From positions 68,943-132,942 of the forward strand of contig DLMJ01000021.1 of the NCBI GenBank assembly GCA_002479255.1: DNA of 64,000 bases, in the 5' to 3' direction. This document shows, in pieces, positions 33,847 to 41,580 of the stretch; the stretch's first letter is position 1; every line of letters begins with the position of its first letter. Below the pieces are notes generated by a model. That model did not search any database and was not told where the DNA came from. It worked only from the letters and a program-made list of their open reading frames with translations. This DNA comes from Candidatus Binatus soli (GTDB lineage: Bacteria; Desulfobacterota; Binatia; Binatales; Binataceae). The position numbers and the translations under genes were made by a program.

Positions 33847-34674
33847 ATGACAACCCCGATTCGAGTCCATCTTATCACGGGAGGATTTCCTCCTGGTTCC
33901 TTCGCCGGCCATGACATGGATTTCGTGCGGCTGCGCATCCTGGGCCTTCTGCAACAGAACTCGCAGGTGCTTACGACCAGCGGCAATGATTTCGCCGATA
34001 TCGCGAAATGGTTGCCCGGCAGCCGGTTGATGATCACCTATGTCGCCGGGCCGTATCCCAGTGACGAACAGAATTATTTCATTCGCAACTGGCTCGAAGC
34101 GGGAGGCCGATGGCTCGCGCTTCACGGCACCAGCGGCGGAAAGGCTGCGCCAGTGGGCGGGAAGCGTTACGTCCGAAAAATGGTGAAGGGCAGTTATCAC
34201 GACACGCTTGGCTGCTTTTTTCTCAATCATCCCCCGGTGCGCAAGTTTCGCGTCGACGTAGCCGATCGCGAGCATGCCCTTACTCAGGGCCTGCCGGCAT
34301 CCTTCGATGTCATGGACGAACTCTATCTCATTGAGCTTCAGGACCCCGCCAACAGCCATGTGCTGCTCACGACTCTGCTCGAAAAAGACCCATCGCCGCC
34401 CGGATTCGGTTTCGTCTACGACCACGATACTTCGCTGATGCCCGACGGCAAAACCCGCGTGCTCGGATACACGCGCGAGACCGGGATGGGGGGAGTGACC
34501 TACATCGCGCTCGGCCACTGTCACTCGCCGATAAGCAACGTTCAGCCGTTTGTCGATTCGAGCGTCGAGCCTTCAGGAACTACTCCAATGGTTTTCCGCG
34601 GCTCGTGGGAGACCCCGGAATACCAGACGCTGATTCGTAACGCTCTGCACTGGGGCATTGGGGCCAATTCCTAG
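33847..34674 (+). CDS. ThuA-like / class-I glutamine-amidotransferase-like domain protein
   Basis: 275-aa ORF; the N-terminus IRVHLITGGFPPGSFAGHD resembles ThuA-family proteins. Assignment is tentative. Confidence 0.5.
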   Translation: MTTPIRVHLITGGFPPGSFAGHDMDFVRLRILGLLQQNSQVLTTSGNDFADIAKWLPGSRLMITYVAGPYPSDEQNYFIRNWLEAGGRWLALHGTSGGKAAPVGGKRYVRKMVKGSYHDTLGCFFLNHPPVRKFRVDVADREHALTQGLPASFDVMDELYLIELQDPANSHVLLTTLLEKDPSPPGFGFVYDHDTSLMPDGKTRVLGYTRETGMGGVTYIALGHCHSPISNVQPFVDSSVEPSGTTPMVFRGSWETPEYQTLIRNALHWGIGANS

Positions 34675-34775
34675 CGCGCGCGTTCGATCGAGCGCGACGA
34701 CCCTTCGCGGCTAAGACAGGTTCCGCATCAATAAAGTGATTCCCCCTTCCCTACTGCGCGCGTGCGCGCGCTGGG

Positions 34776-35597
34776 TCATTTCACTCCAATTCTGAGCCGG
34801 TAGCTCCAGAACCACGGCACGACAGCGTCGCCGAGCGCGTGGCGCGCCGCCTCACGCAACGCGGTGATCCCGATCTCATCCTCGCCGATGCCGTGCTTGA
34901 GCAGCGTAGCGATCTCGCCTTGGCTGAGCGCGAGCCCGACCAGCCGCTCCGCGCCTCCGCTCTCGACGTGATGAAGCACGACCTCCTTCACGTAACGGAA
35001 CCGCCCGCTCTGCCTGATCCTTTCCAGATGCCCGCCCTTGTTCCACTGATGGACCTCGGGCGCGAGGCGTCGCGAGCGCTCGAGCGCCTCCGCCTTTGCT
35101 CGGCATGCGTTGTAGGCCTGTTCGGCTTCAGCGTTGAGCGTCGGCGGCCAGTCGCAGTCGTAAGCGGCAAACACCCCGTTGTCGCGCAAAATGCGCGCAA
35201 CCTCGGCGAATGTGGCGTTCGGCTCCATCCAGTGCAGCGACTGCGAACAAGTCACGATGTCGGCGTATCGGTCGGGAAGGCCGGTCGCGGTCGAGAGCCC
35301 CTCGATGAACCTGACCGTGCCCGCACCGGAGTCGGCCACGCGGCGCTCATCAGCCTGCGCGCGCATGTCGGCATTGGGCTCGACCCCGACGGCCTCGGAT
35401 GCGCATCGCGTCCAGATGAGGGTCGAAAGCCCGCTGCCGCTGCCGAGATCGACGACCACGGGCCGCGGCTTTGCGGCTAGCTGCGTCAGGAGATCTACGA
35501 TGACTTCGGGCGGTCTCGGCCGGTACCTGTCGTAGAGTTCGGCGAAACCCGAGAAGCGATCGGTATTGGCGGCAACGTGGGCGCGATCGGCGCTCAT
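34776..35597 (-). CDS. Class I SAM-dependent methyltransferase
   Basis: ATG at 35597 (MSADRAHV...). It has motif I (VVDLGSGSGLST) and a post-I acidic residue. Confidence 0.75.
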   Translation of the reverse strand: MSADRAHVAANTDRFSGFAELYDRYRPRPPEVIVDLLTQLAAKPRPVVVDLGSGSGLSTLIWTRCASEAVGVEPNADMRAQADERRVADSGAGTVRFIEGLSTATGLPDRYADIVTCSQSLHWMEPNATFAEVARILRDNGVFAAYDCDWPPTLNAEAEQAYNACRAKAEALERSRRLAPEVHQWNKGGHLERIRQSGRFRYVKEVVLHHVESGGAERLVGLALSQGEIATLLKHGIGEDEIGITALREAARHALGDAVVPWFWSYRLRIGVK

Positions 35598-35735
35598 GAA
35601 GTGAACCCCCGCATGCGCCAAGTCTAGTTGCGCCGCGTTATCGAGGCGAGCGATCCGCCGTTGGCACGGCTGGCCAGTATCAAGAAAGGGAAACCCGGCG
35701 CGCTGTAATCGGACTTTTCACTCTCCCCTAACCCC

Positions 35736-35890
35736 TTTTAACAGGCCGTCAGGCCGCATCTTCTCTTTTCTCTTATCACTGGGTGCAGGGGTCACCCCTG
35801 CCCAAGGAGGTGCGGAACCCACGGTGGGTTCCGCATACAATTAAGTGATTTCCCCCCTTCCCCACTGCACGCGCGCCGCGCGCGTGCGGT
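35736..35890. repeat. Composite intergenic repeat (left inverted repeat flanking the M28 peptidase gene): AGGCCGTCAGGCCGCATCTT ... GGGTGCAGGGGTCACCCCTGC ... GGAACCCACGGTGGGTTCCGCATACAATTAAGTGATTT
   Basis: About 85% identical, in inverted orientation, to 37321–37440. Sub-modules recur at 480–545, 34715–34790, 35625–35735 and 39811–39990. Confidence 0.75.
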
Positions 35891-37284
35891 CACCCCTGCC
35901 CCTGCCAACGGCCCGCACTCACCCCGTGAGTTGACGCAATGATGCGGATAGCGGCACGGGTGACGGGCGCCAAGCTCGGGCGATGAATCTTGTCGAGCGT
36001 GTCGATCGCGTCGAAGAGGTAGAAGGGCGCCGTCAGGAAGTTGACCAGCGGCACGCCGGCAAGATGAAAGGGGCCGCCGTCGGTGGTCGGTGATGGGCCG
36101 AAGACTTCGGGCGGCAGGATCAGCGACCGCTCGAGCTGCTCGGCGACGATCGCCTCGCGCACGATAGCCTCGAGCGATGCGAGCCTGCTCGTGAACCACC
36201 AGCGCGGCTCCGGATGTCCGGAAGCTGCCAGGCCACCGTCACGCTCGACCATCTCGATGGCGGCGTGCTCGAGATGGACTTCGAGCACCACGCGAGCCAG
36301 TTCCGTCCTGTGCCGGTCGATGAACGCGTGTACTCCGGCCCCGCCGGCCATGTGCCCCGCGTTGAGGAGAAAGACCAGGCGATGCGGGCGCTCGGCCGGC
36401 GCGATGCGCGACCAGTAGCTGGCCTGCGCCAGGACCATCGATACGCCTGACGCGTCCTCGACGGCGGACGCCCACGGGCCGTCGTGATGGGAGCCGACGA
36501 TGACGCTGTCGTCGTCGGCGCCCGGGATTTCGCCAACGACGTTATAGCTGGTGATGTCGTGGCGGATCGCGCGGCTGATCAGCGTGACCTGCACGCGACC
36601 CGCGTCGCACAGCTGCCGCAGTCGCGCGCCGTCGCTGCCGCTGATCCAGACTCCGGGGATCGCGCGGGCTACGCCATCGTAGGGGACGTAGTACCGGTTC
36701 GAGTCGCCGGGGTAATCGCTCAGCACCCCTACGAATCCCACCGCCCCTGCCGCGATCGATGCGTCCATAACTGCCATCAACTGATGGCTGAACGGCAGCA
36801 CCTGGGTTGCCCCGGCAAGAGTGCCAGCCGGATCGTATCGGCGCCAACTGGTATCGGCTTCGCGTGTCACGGCGCCTGCGAGCATCAGGGGAAGATCCGC
36901 CGGAGCACGCATCAGCGGCACATCGACCAGAGCGAGCGCGCCACGGACGGCGCCGGGCGTTTCGTCACGCCACTGGACGAGCGGTGCATCGAGACCGTCA
37001 CCGTCGGTCGCCGCCGAATGCGGCAGGGAGAAACATGGGATGCGCGACTCGCGGCCATCCGCACGCACGATAATCGCCGACTCGAGCGGCTCCCAGTAAG
37101 GCAGCGTCACGGGCTCGAGCCGGACCTGCTCCAGTCCGAATTGGAGGAATTTTTCGCGGCAGAAATTCTCGGTCCATCGATCGGCCGCATACCCGGGCCG
37201 CCGCACGCCGCGGGCAAAGACGGTCTCGATCCAATCGAAGATGGTGCGCTCGTCCGGGACGAACGCCTCTTGCAGAGTACTCAT
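35890..37284 (-). CDS. M28-family peptidase with PA domain
   Basis: 464 aa. Metal-ligand context (..GSHHDGPW.., ..ED..G..) and overall M28/PA architecture. It is bracketed by the inverted repeats. Confidence 0.65.
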   Translation of the reverse strand: MSTLQEAFVPDERTIFDWIETVFARGVRRPGYAADRWTENFCREKFLQFGLEQVRLEPVTLPYWEPLESAIIVRADGRESRIPCFSLPHSAATDGDGLDAPLVQWRDETPGAVRGALALVDVPLMRAPADLPLMLAGAVTREADTSWRRYDPAGTLAGATQVLPFSHQLMAVMDASIAAGAVGFVGVLSDYPGDSNRYYVPYDGVARAIPGVWISGSDGARLRQLCDAGRVQVTLISRAIRHDITSYNVVGEIPGADDDSVIVGSHHDGPWASAVEDASGVSMVLAQASYWSRIAPAERPHRLVFLLNAGHMAGGAGVHAFIDRHRTELARVVLEVHLEHAAIEMVERDGGLAASGHPEPRWWFTSRLASLEAIVREAIVAEQLERSLILPPEVFGPSPTTDGGPFHLAGVPLVNFLTAPFYLFDAIDTLDKIHRPSLAPVTRAAIRIIASTHGVSAGRWQGQG

Positions 37285-37309
37285 TGCACTGACTCTCCCA
37301 GACGCGCGC

Positions 37310-37445
37310 AGAATAGCAAAAGTGAGAACTTAATTGTATGCGAAACCCACCGTGGGTTTCGCGCATCCTTGGGCAGGGGTAACCCCTGCACTCAATATTA
37401 AAACAAAGATGCGGCCTGACGGCCTGTTAGAACTTTTTCAGGGGG
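37310..37445. repeat. Right inverted copy of the composite repeat
   Basis: Its reverse complement aligns with 35741–35862. Confidence 0.75.
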
Positions 37446-37467
37446 AAACTGATGTGCTCTGCTGTTG

Positions 37468-37510
37468 TGTCATTCTAGAGCGAAAGCTGCTGTAGCGAAG
37501 AATCCCGGCT
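37468..37510. repeat. GTCATTCTAGAGCGAA..GCGAAGAATCCCGG repeat copy
   Basis: Same family as 22594. Confidence 0.7.
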
Positions 37511-37734
37511 CTTGCCTCGCCCGTTATTTCACGGGACGTGCCACGAGCACACGGCGGCCGAGCGCAGCGGGACAAGGTGAGGGTGAATGGCGAAGCGGTC
37601 CGCATCAGTGCCGCAGGCAACGGCCCAATCTGCGCCTTGCAATGCCGTGAGCAAAGACGAGAATACAAATCGTGGAGTGGTGGCCGCCAACAAAGATTCT
37701 TCCGATCCTCAGGTACAGGGGCACCTAAGAGGCG

Positions 37735-37836
37735 ATGGGATCAGCAAACTTCGCGCAACCGACCTTCATCGACCTGTTCTGCGGAATCGGCGGGACGCGG
37801 CTGGCGTTCGAAAGCGCAGGGTGTCGGTGCGTGTGA
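37735..37836 (+). pseudogene. dcm: N-terminal remnant (motif I) of a DNA (cytosine-5)-methyltransferase
   Basis: A 33-codon ORF translating MGSANFAQPTFIDLFCGIGGTRLAFESAGCRCV* is the canonical FxGxGG AdoMet motif I plus following residues of C5-MTases. It is truncated by a stop. Confidence 0.6.
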
Positions 37837-38019
37837 GGCTTTGTCCGCTATGGCTCTAGAAATCTATTACGAAGATGAAAATGGCGAGCATTGGGTGTGG
37901 CCCTGCAAATCGTTGGCCGAAGCCAAAGAGTTCGTGAAGCAGCTTAAACAATTCGGCTGCGTGCCAGTTCACGTCGGATAACGCGCCAAGAGTGTCTTGA
38001 AGATCATGACGGGAGAGAA

Positions 38020-38880
38020 ATGGCTTCCAAAGCAAAGTTTGGGACGCATTGGCAGAGCGATGAACTCGATGCGATTGTCGCCGACTATTTCGCCATGCTG
38101 GCGGCCAACCTTTCTGGACAGCGGTACGTCAAATCCAGCCACAGCAAGGGCCTCATGGCTCGGATAGGCCGGACGCACCATTCCATCGAATTTAAGTACC
38201 AGAACATTTCGGCGGTGTTGGATGAGTTGGGCCTGCCGTGGATTCCCGGCTACAGACCCAAGAGGAACTACCAAAGCGCGATCTTCGATGCGATTGACCG
38301 TTACCTCACGAAGCACTCCGATGTTCTCGAATCTGTCCCAATTTCACCGACACCGCCGGCATTGCCAACTGAAATCTTTGTCGCGCCGCCACCGCTCGTA
38401 TCAGTTCCTGAGCGGATTCCAGAGGGTTTAAAGCGCCTTGTCCGGAAATTTGATCCGGTCGCGCGCGATCATCGCAATCGTTCTCTTGGCAAGGCCGGCG
38501 AAGAGTTTGTCTACAATCTTGAGCGCCGACGACTCGCTGCAGTTGGCCGCTCAGACCTAAGCCAGAGGGTGCGATGGGTCGCCGCGGAAGAAGGCGATGG
38601 CGCAGGCTATGATGTCCTTTCGTTCAATACGACCGGAGGAGAGCGATTGCTGGAGGTGAAAACCACCAACGGATCCGCGCGCACCCCTTTCTTCCTGACC
38701 CGCAATGAGTGTGACGTCGCAAAGGAGCGCCCTGAGGACTGGTGCATCTATCGGGTCCACTTGTTCGCGAGGGAACCGCGTATTTTTACGATTTCGCCGC
38801 CGCTGGAACTCAAACTGGATCTCCATGCGGAGTTGTGGCGCGCCTCGTTTTACAGCCGTGCAGAGGAGAAGCGACAATGA
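38020..38880 (+). CDS. DUF3883 (NOV_C, restriction-endonuclease-like PD-(D/E)xK fold) domain protein with an uncharacterised ~150-aa N-terminal domain
   Basis: GGAGAG RBS. The C-terminal region GAGYDVLSF..GGERLLEVKTT...FFLTRNE..A....W.IYRV matches the DUF3883 core with a D...E.K triad. The region is AT-richer than the flanks. Confidence 0.7.
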   Translation: MASKAKFGTHWQSDELDAIVADYFAMLAANLSGQRYVKSSHSKGLMARIGRTHHSIEFKYQNISAVLDELGLPWIPGYRPKRNYQSAIFDAIDRYLTKHSDVLESVPISPTPPALPTEIFVAPPPLVSVPERIPEGLKRLVRKFDPVARDHRNRSLGKAGEEFVYNLERRRLAAVGRSDLSQRVRWVAAEEGDGAGYDVLSFNTTGGERLLEVKTTNGSARTPFFLTRNECDVAKERPEDWCIYRVHLFAREPRIFTISPPLELKLDLHAELWRASFYSRAEEKRQ

Positions 38881-39152
38881 GAGAGAAGCAAGCGGGTGAC
38901 TTCAAATCGGCTGCCGAGGTGGCGCAGCACGTCGAAACACTGGTTGAAGGCTGGGCTTCGGTAATCCGCTGCAAAGCCGAAAGCTTTGGCGGCACTCCGT
39001 GCGGCCGGATCGTAATGGTGGTGTTCCGCGATTTCTACCAGCCGTTAATCGGCGATGAGATAGAGGAGTGGGATTCATCGCGGGCGCTGGTGTGCGAAAA
39101 CTGTGCAACCCGCCTCGGAATGCTGGACCACGGATCCAAGAGGCGCGCATAG
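38877..39152 (+). CDS. Small Cys-rich (putative Zn-ribbon) protein translationally coupled to the DUF3883 gene
   Basis: ATGA overlap with the upstream stop. 91 aa with C..(10)..C and CENC pairs. Confidence 0.5.
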   Translation: MREKQAGDFKSAAEVAQHVETLVEGWASVIRCKAESFGGTPCGRIVMVVFRDFYQPLIGDEIEEWDSSRALVCENCATRLGMLDHGSKRRA

Positions 39153-39213
39153 CTGGCGTACTCCATCAGATGGGTACCATACCATCCGGGGTTTCAAGCG
39201 CGCGTCTTCCACT

Positions 39214-39262
39214 TTGTCATTCCGAGCGTAGCGAGAAGTCCCGGATTTTTCCGCTGCGTTTC
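39214..39262. repeat. GTCATTCCGAGCGTAGCGAGAAGTCCCGG repeat copy inserted in the vsr remnant
   Basis: Same family as 22594; it lies immediately upstream of the Vsr C-terminal fragment. Confidence 0.65.
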
Positions 39263-39328
39263 TGAGCGCTGCCGTACCTTCTTACCCTTTCCGAGCCAAA
39301 TCCGCGCCCGGGATTTCTCGCGCTGAGG

Positions 39329-39511
39329 ATGGCGCTCGAAATGACAAAAGAGGAAGCTTCGCTCGAACTCAAGCTTCAAGCCAACCGCAGGCGCGATCGT
39401 ACCGTTAACCGGCTGCTTGCTCGCGACGGCTGGGCGGTGGTCAGAATCTGGGAGCACGAGTTGAGGAAGCCAGCGCTGGTTGTAAAAAGGTTGCTGAAGG
39501 GTCTGGCTTAG
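39329..39511 (+). pseudogene. vsr: C-terminal remnant of a very-short-patch-repair (Vsr/DUF559) endonuclease
   Basis: ...LQANRRRDRTVNRLLARDGWAVVRIWEHEL... matches the Vsr C-terminus (..N.ERD.R....L...GW.VL.IWEC.L). Only about 50 codons remain. Confidence 0.6.
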
Positions 39512-39532
39512 CAGCAAAGCGCGGTCCATACC

Positions 39533-39606
39533 ATCATTCTGAGCGAAAGCTGCTGCGCGCGAATGTTCGCGGATCCGGGGTCCCTCGGCTTCGCTCGGGA
39601 TGACGG
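39533..39606. repeat. Palindromic repeat unit CATCATTCTGAGCGAAAGC...GCTTCGCTCGGGATGACGG
   Basis: Its core is shared with the other copies and its two arms are self-complementary. A further reverse-complement copy lies at 39781–39808. Confidence 0.65.
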
Positions 39607-39810
39607 AATCGGAAAGCGCGATTCGTCTTTCGTTCTCCTGAACTAAAAACGTTTCACGTGAAACATTCGTCTCTGGATCCTAGGAAATAACCCCTGTTTC
39701 GCAAAATGCGCCGTAATTGCAACGCCATCGGACGCGCGTCGGCCTCGTCCCGCGTGAGGCGAGGCCAGGAAGGAACCGGGTTCCTTCGCTGCGCTCAGGA
39801 TGACACAAAA

Positions 39811-39990
39811 AAAGTTCTAACAGGCCGTCAGGCCGCATCTTTTCTTAGCATCGGGTGCAGGGGTCACCCCTGGCCGTTGGCACGGCTGCCAGTATTAAGA
39901 GACCGCGCCCGCGGCAGTGGCCGCGCGCGACAACGGAGCGCGGCCTTAACATTGGGTGCAGGGGTCACCCCTGCTTAGTGAAAGCGGTCG
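39811..39990. repeat. Partial direct copy of the composite repeat (AGGCCGTCAGGCCGCATCTT / GGGTGCAGGGGTCACCCCTG x2 / TTGGCACGGCTGCCAGTATTAAG)
   Basis: Aligns with 35741–35800 and 35655–35680; a second GGGTGCAGGGGTCACCCCTGC hairpin lies at 39955. Confidence 0.7.
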
Positions 39991-41489
39991 TATCCCAGCC
40001 AGAGCGTCAGCAGGATAAGCGGCCTGACGATCGGTTCCTCCGCGCTGCCGATTATCCCCTCGATTGAATCGGCCGGGCCGCGTGCTTCCCGGCCCTCATC
40101 GCCGGTGTAGCTTGTGTCGGAGACGGGGAAGCCCAGTTCGCGTGCTTGGGCCAGCAGCGTGCGCGTAACGTCGGTGCCGAAATGAGGATTGATGATGAAC
40201 AGTCCCTCGTCGAGTGGGCTTACGTACTCAACGATGCCCATCTCGTAAGGCGGCGGATCGTAGCCGAGCTGATCCTCGGCAAGCGAGAAGAGGTAGTGCC
40301 CTTGCGCGGTCACGCGCGCTTCCATCGTGAGTTGCGTTTCGGGAAAAGACTCGCCCGGCACCGCGGCAAAGAAGAGCGTGCCGATTCGCACCGCGCCCAC
40401 CAGCGTGCGTATGTTGCTTTTGTTGTCCGCCATATAGGGTTCGCGGTTCGAGCGCATCACGCGATCGACACCGGCCCTTCCGTTGATCATCAGGCCCGCC
40501 AGCACAGGATTGTCGGCCGGCTCTTCGAGGATTGTTTCGGCGGTCGCGATCGGGCCGTCGATTTTCACCGCATCCGCCTCCGCTTGGAGGGCGAGCCTGG
40601 CGACGGTTGCGCCGTAGCTTTCGGCTGCCAATGGCCCGCGTGCTCCGATCGCGTTCAGATCGGGCTGGGTGCGCCCGACCGAGGCGACCATCACGAGCGC
40701 CGTCGAATCGGGATTGGCCTTCTCGACGGCTCCCACAGCCGCGGCGGGCCAATCGGGCGAGATCAGCGTATTGTCCTTGCCAAGCGCGGTGACATGCGCG
40801 CTGAAGTTGATCAGCGTCGCGAACGGCGCGCCGTCGGAACCCTTGGCGAACAGCACGCGCAGCTTGGTGTCGAGCGGATACCCGGGGAGGATGCTTCTCA
40901 GGAGATGGGACGGCGCGGTATCGATTTCGCCGGAGTACAGCGATGCCGGCCGTTCGGCGCGGATGGCAGATTCGATTGCGGCGACTGTCTGATCGGCAAC
41001 GAACTTCAAGTATTCCGCTGGTACGCCACCCCATACTCCAATGTCGTCGGGTCCGGAATGATCGTGCGTGCTGGCGATGATCATGGCGCCTTCGGGAATG
41101 CCTGTGTCTTTCGACACGCGCCGGCGGATGTCCGCAGAGCCATACGGTGCGTCGTCCCCCTGGTAGGCGAGAAAATGCCCTTGCGTGTCGATCGCGCAGA
41201 AAACCACGGTCCGTTCACCGCGCGAGATCGCGATTGCACGCGCGTAGATGGGGCTCCGGACCCCGGTCGATCGCCTGACAGGACCGAAGCCGTAACCCCC
41301 GAGATAGACCGGCGAGGTCGGCGTGATTTCGCGCTTGGATGCGCCCACGCAATATTCGCCGCTCGATTCGGAGGCCGAACAGGCGGCCGTCGTCGCCGCC
41401 CCCGCAACCGGCTTGGACGCGCCGAACCAAAGCACGCATGCAGCGGCGGCCAGAATCGCCCGATGAATCTTTGGCGATGCGCGCACCAT
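39975..41489 (-). CDS. Neutral/alkaline ceramidase-family secreted hydrolase
   Basis: Signal peptide from M at 41489 (the ORF track extends to 41537). Motifs ..YLGGYGFG..R...G....IYARA and THDHSGP resemble the neutral ceramidase N-domain. Confidence 0.65.
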   Translation of the reverse strand: MVRASPKIHRAILAAAACVLWFGASKPVAGAATTAACSASESSGEYCVGASKREITPTSPVYLGGYGFGPVRRSTGVRSPIYARAIAISRGERTVVFCAIDTQGHFLAYQGDDAPYGSADIRRRVSKDTGIPEGAMIIASTHDHSGPDDIGVWGGVPAEYLKFVADQTVAAIESAIRAERPASLYSGEIDTAPSHLLRSILPGYPLDTKLRVLFAKGSDGAPFATLINFSAHVTALGKDNTLISPDWPAAAVGAVEKANPDSTALVMVASVGRTQPDLNAIGARGPLAAESYGATVARLALQAEADAVKIDGPIATAETILEEPADNPVLAGLMINGRAGVDRVMRSNREPYMADNKSNIRTLVGAVRIGTLFFAAVPGESFPETQLTMEARVTAQGHYLFSLAEDQLGYDPPPYEMGIVEYVSPLDEGLFIINPHFGTDVTRTLLAQARELGFPVSDTSYTGDEGREARGPADSIEGIIGSAEEPIVRPLILLTLWLGYDRFH

Positions 41490-41580
41490 CTCGGCGGGAA
41501 GCTCCCTGCTGGTTCCGAGTTCGGATCGTAATTTCAACGCGTCAGATCTTTCCGACCCGGCCGCGCGCGTATCTGAACAT

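Noticed and set aside
37853-37981. 42-aa ORF MALEIYYEDENGEHWVWPCKSLAEAKEFVKQLKQFGCVPVHVG in the AT-richer cassette
   Set aside because: Plausible small protein (not Arg-rich, AT-like codon usage) but no RBS and no recognisable motif. Noted only.
40146-41531. 461-aa plus-strand ORF antisense to the ceramidase-like gene
   Set aside because: Arg/Gly-rich artefact; the minus-strand frame has a signal peptide and ceramidase motifs.
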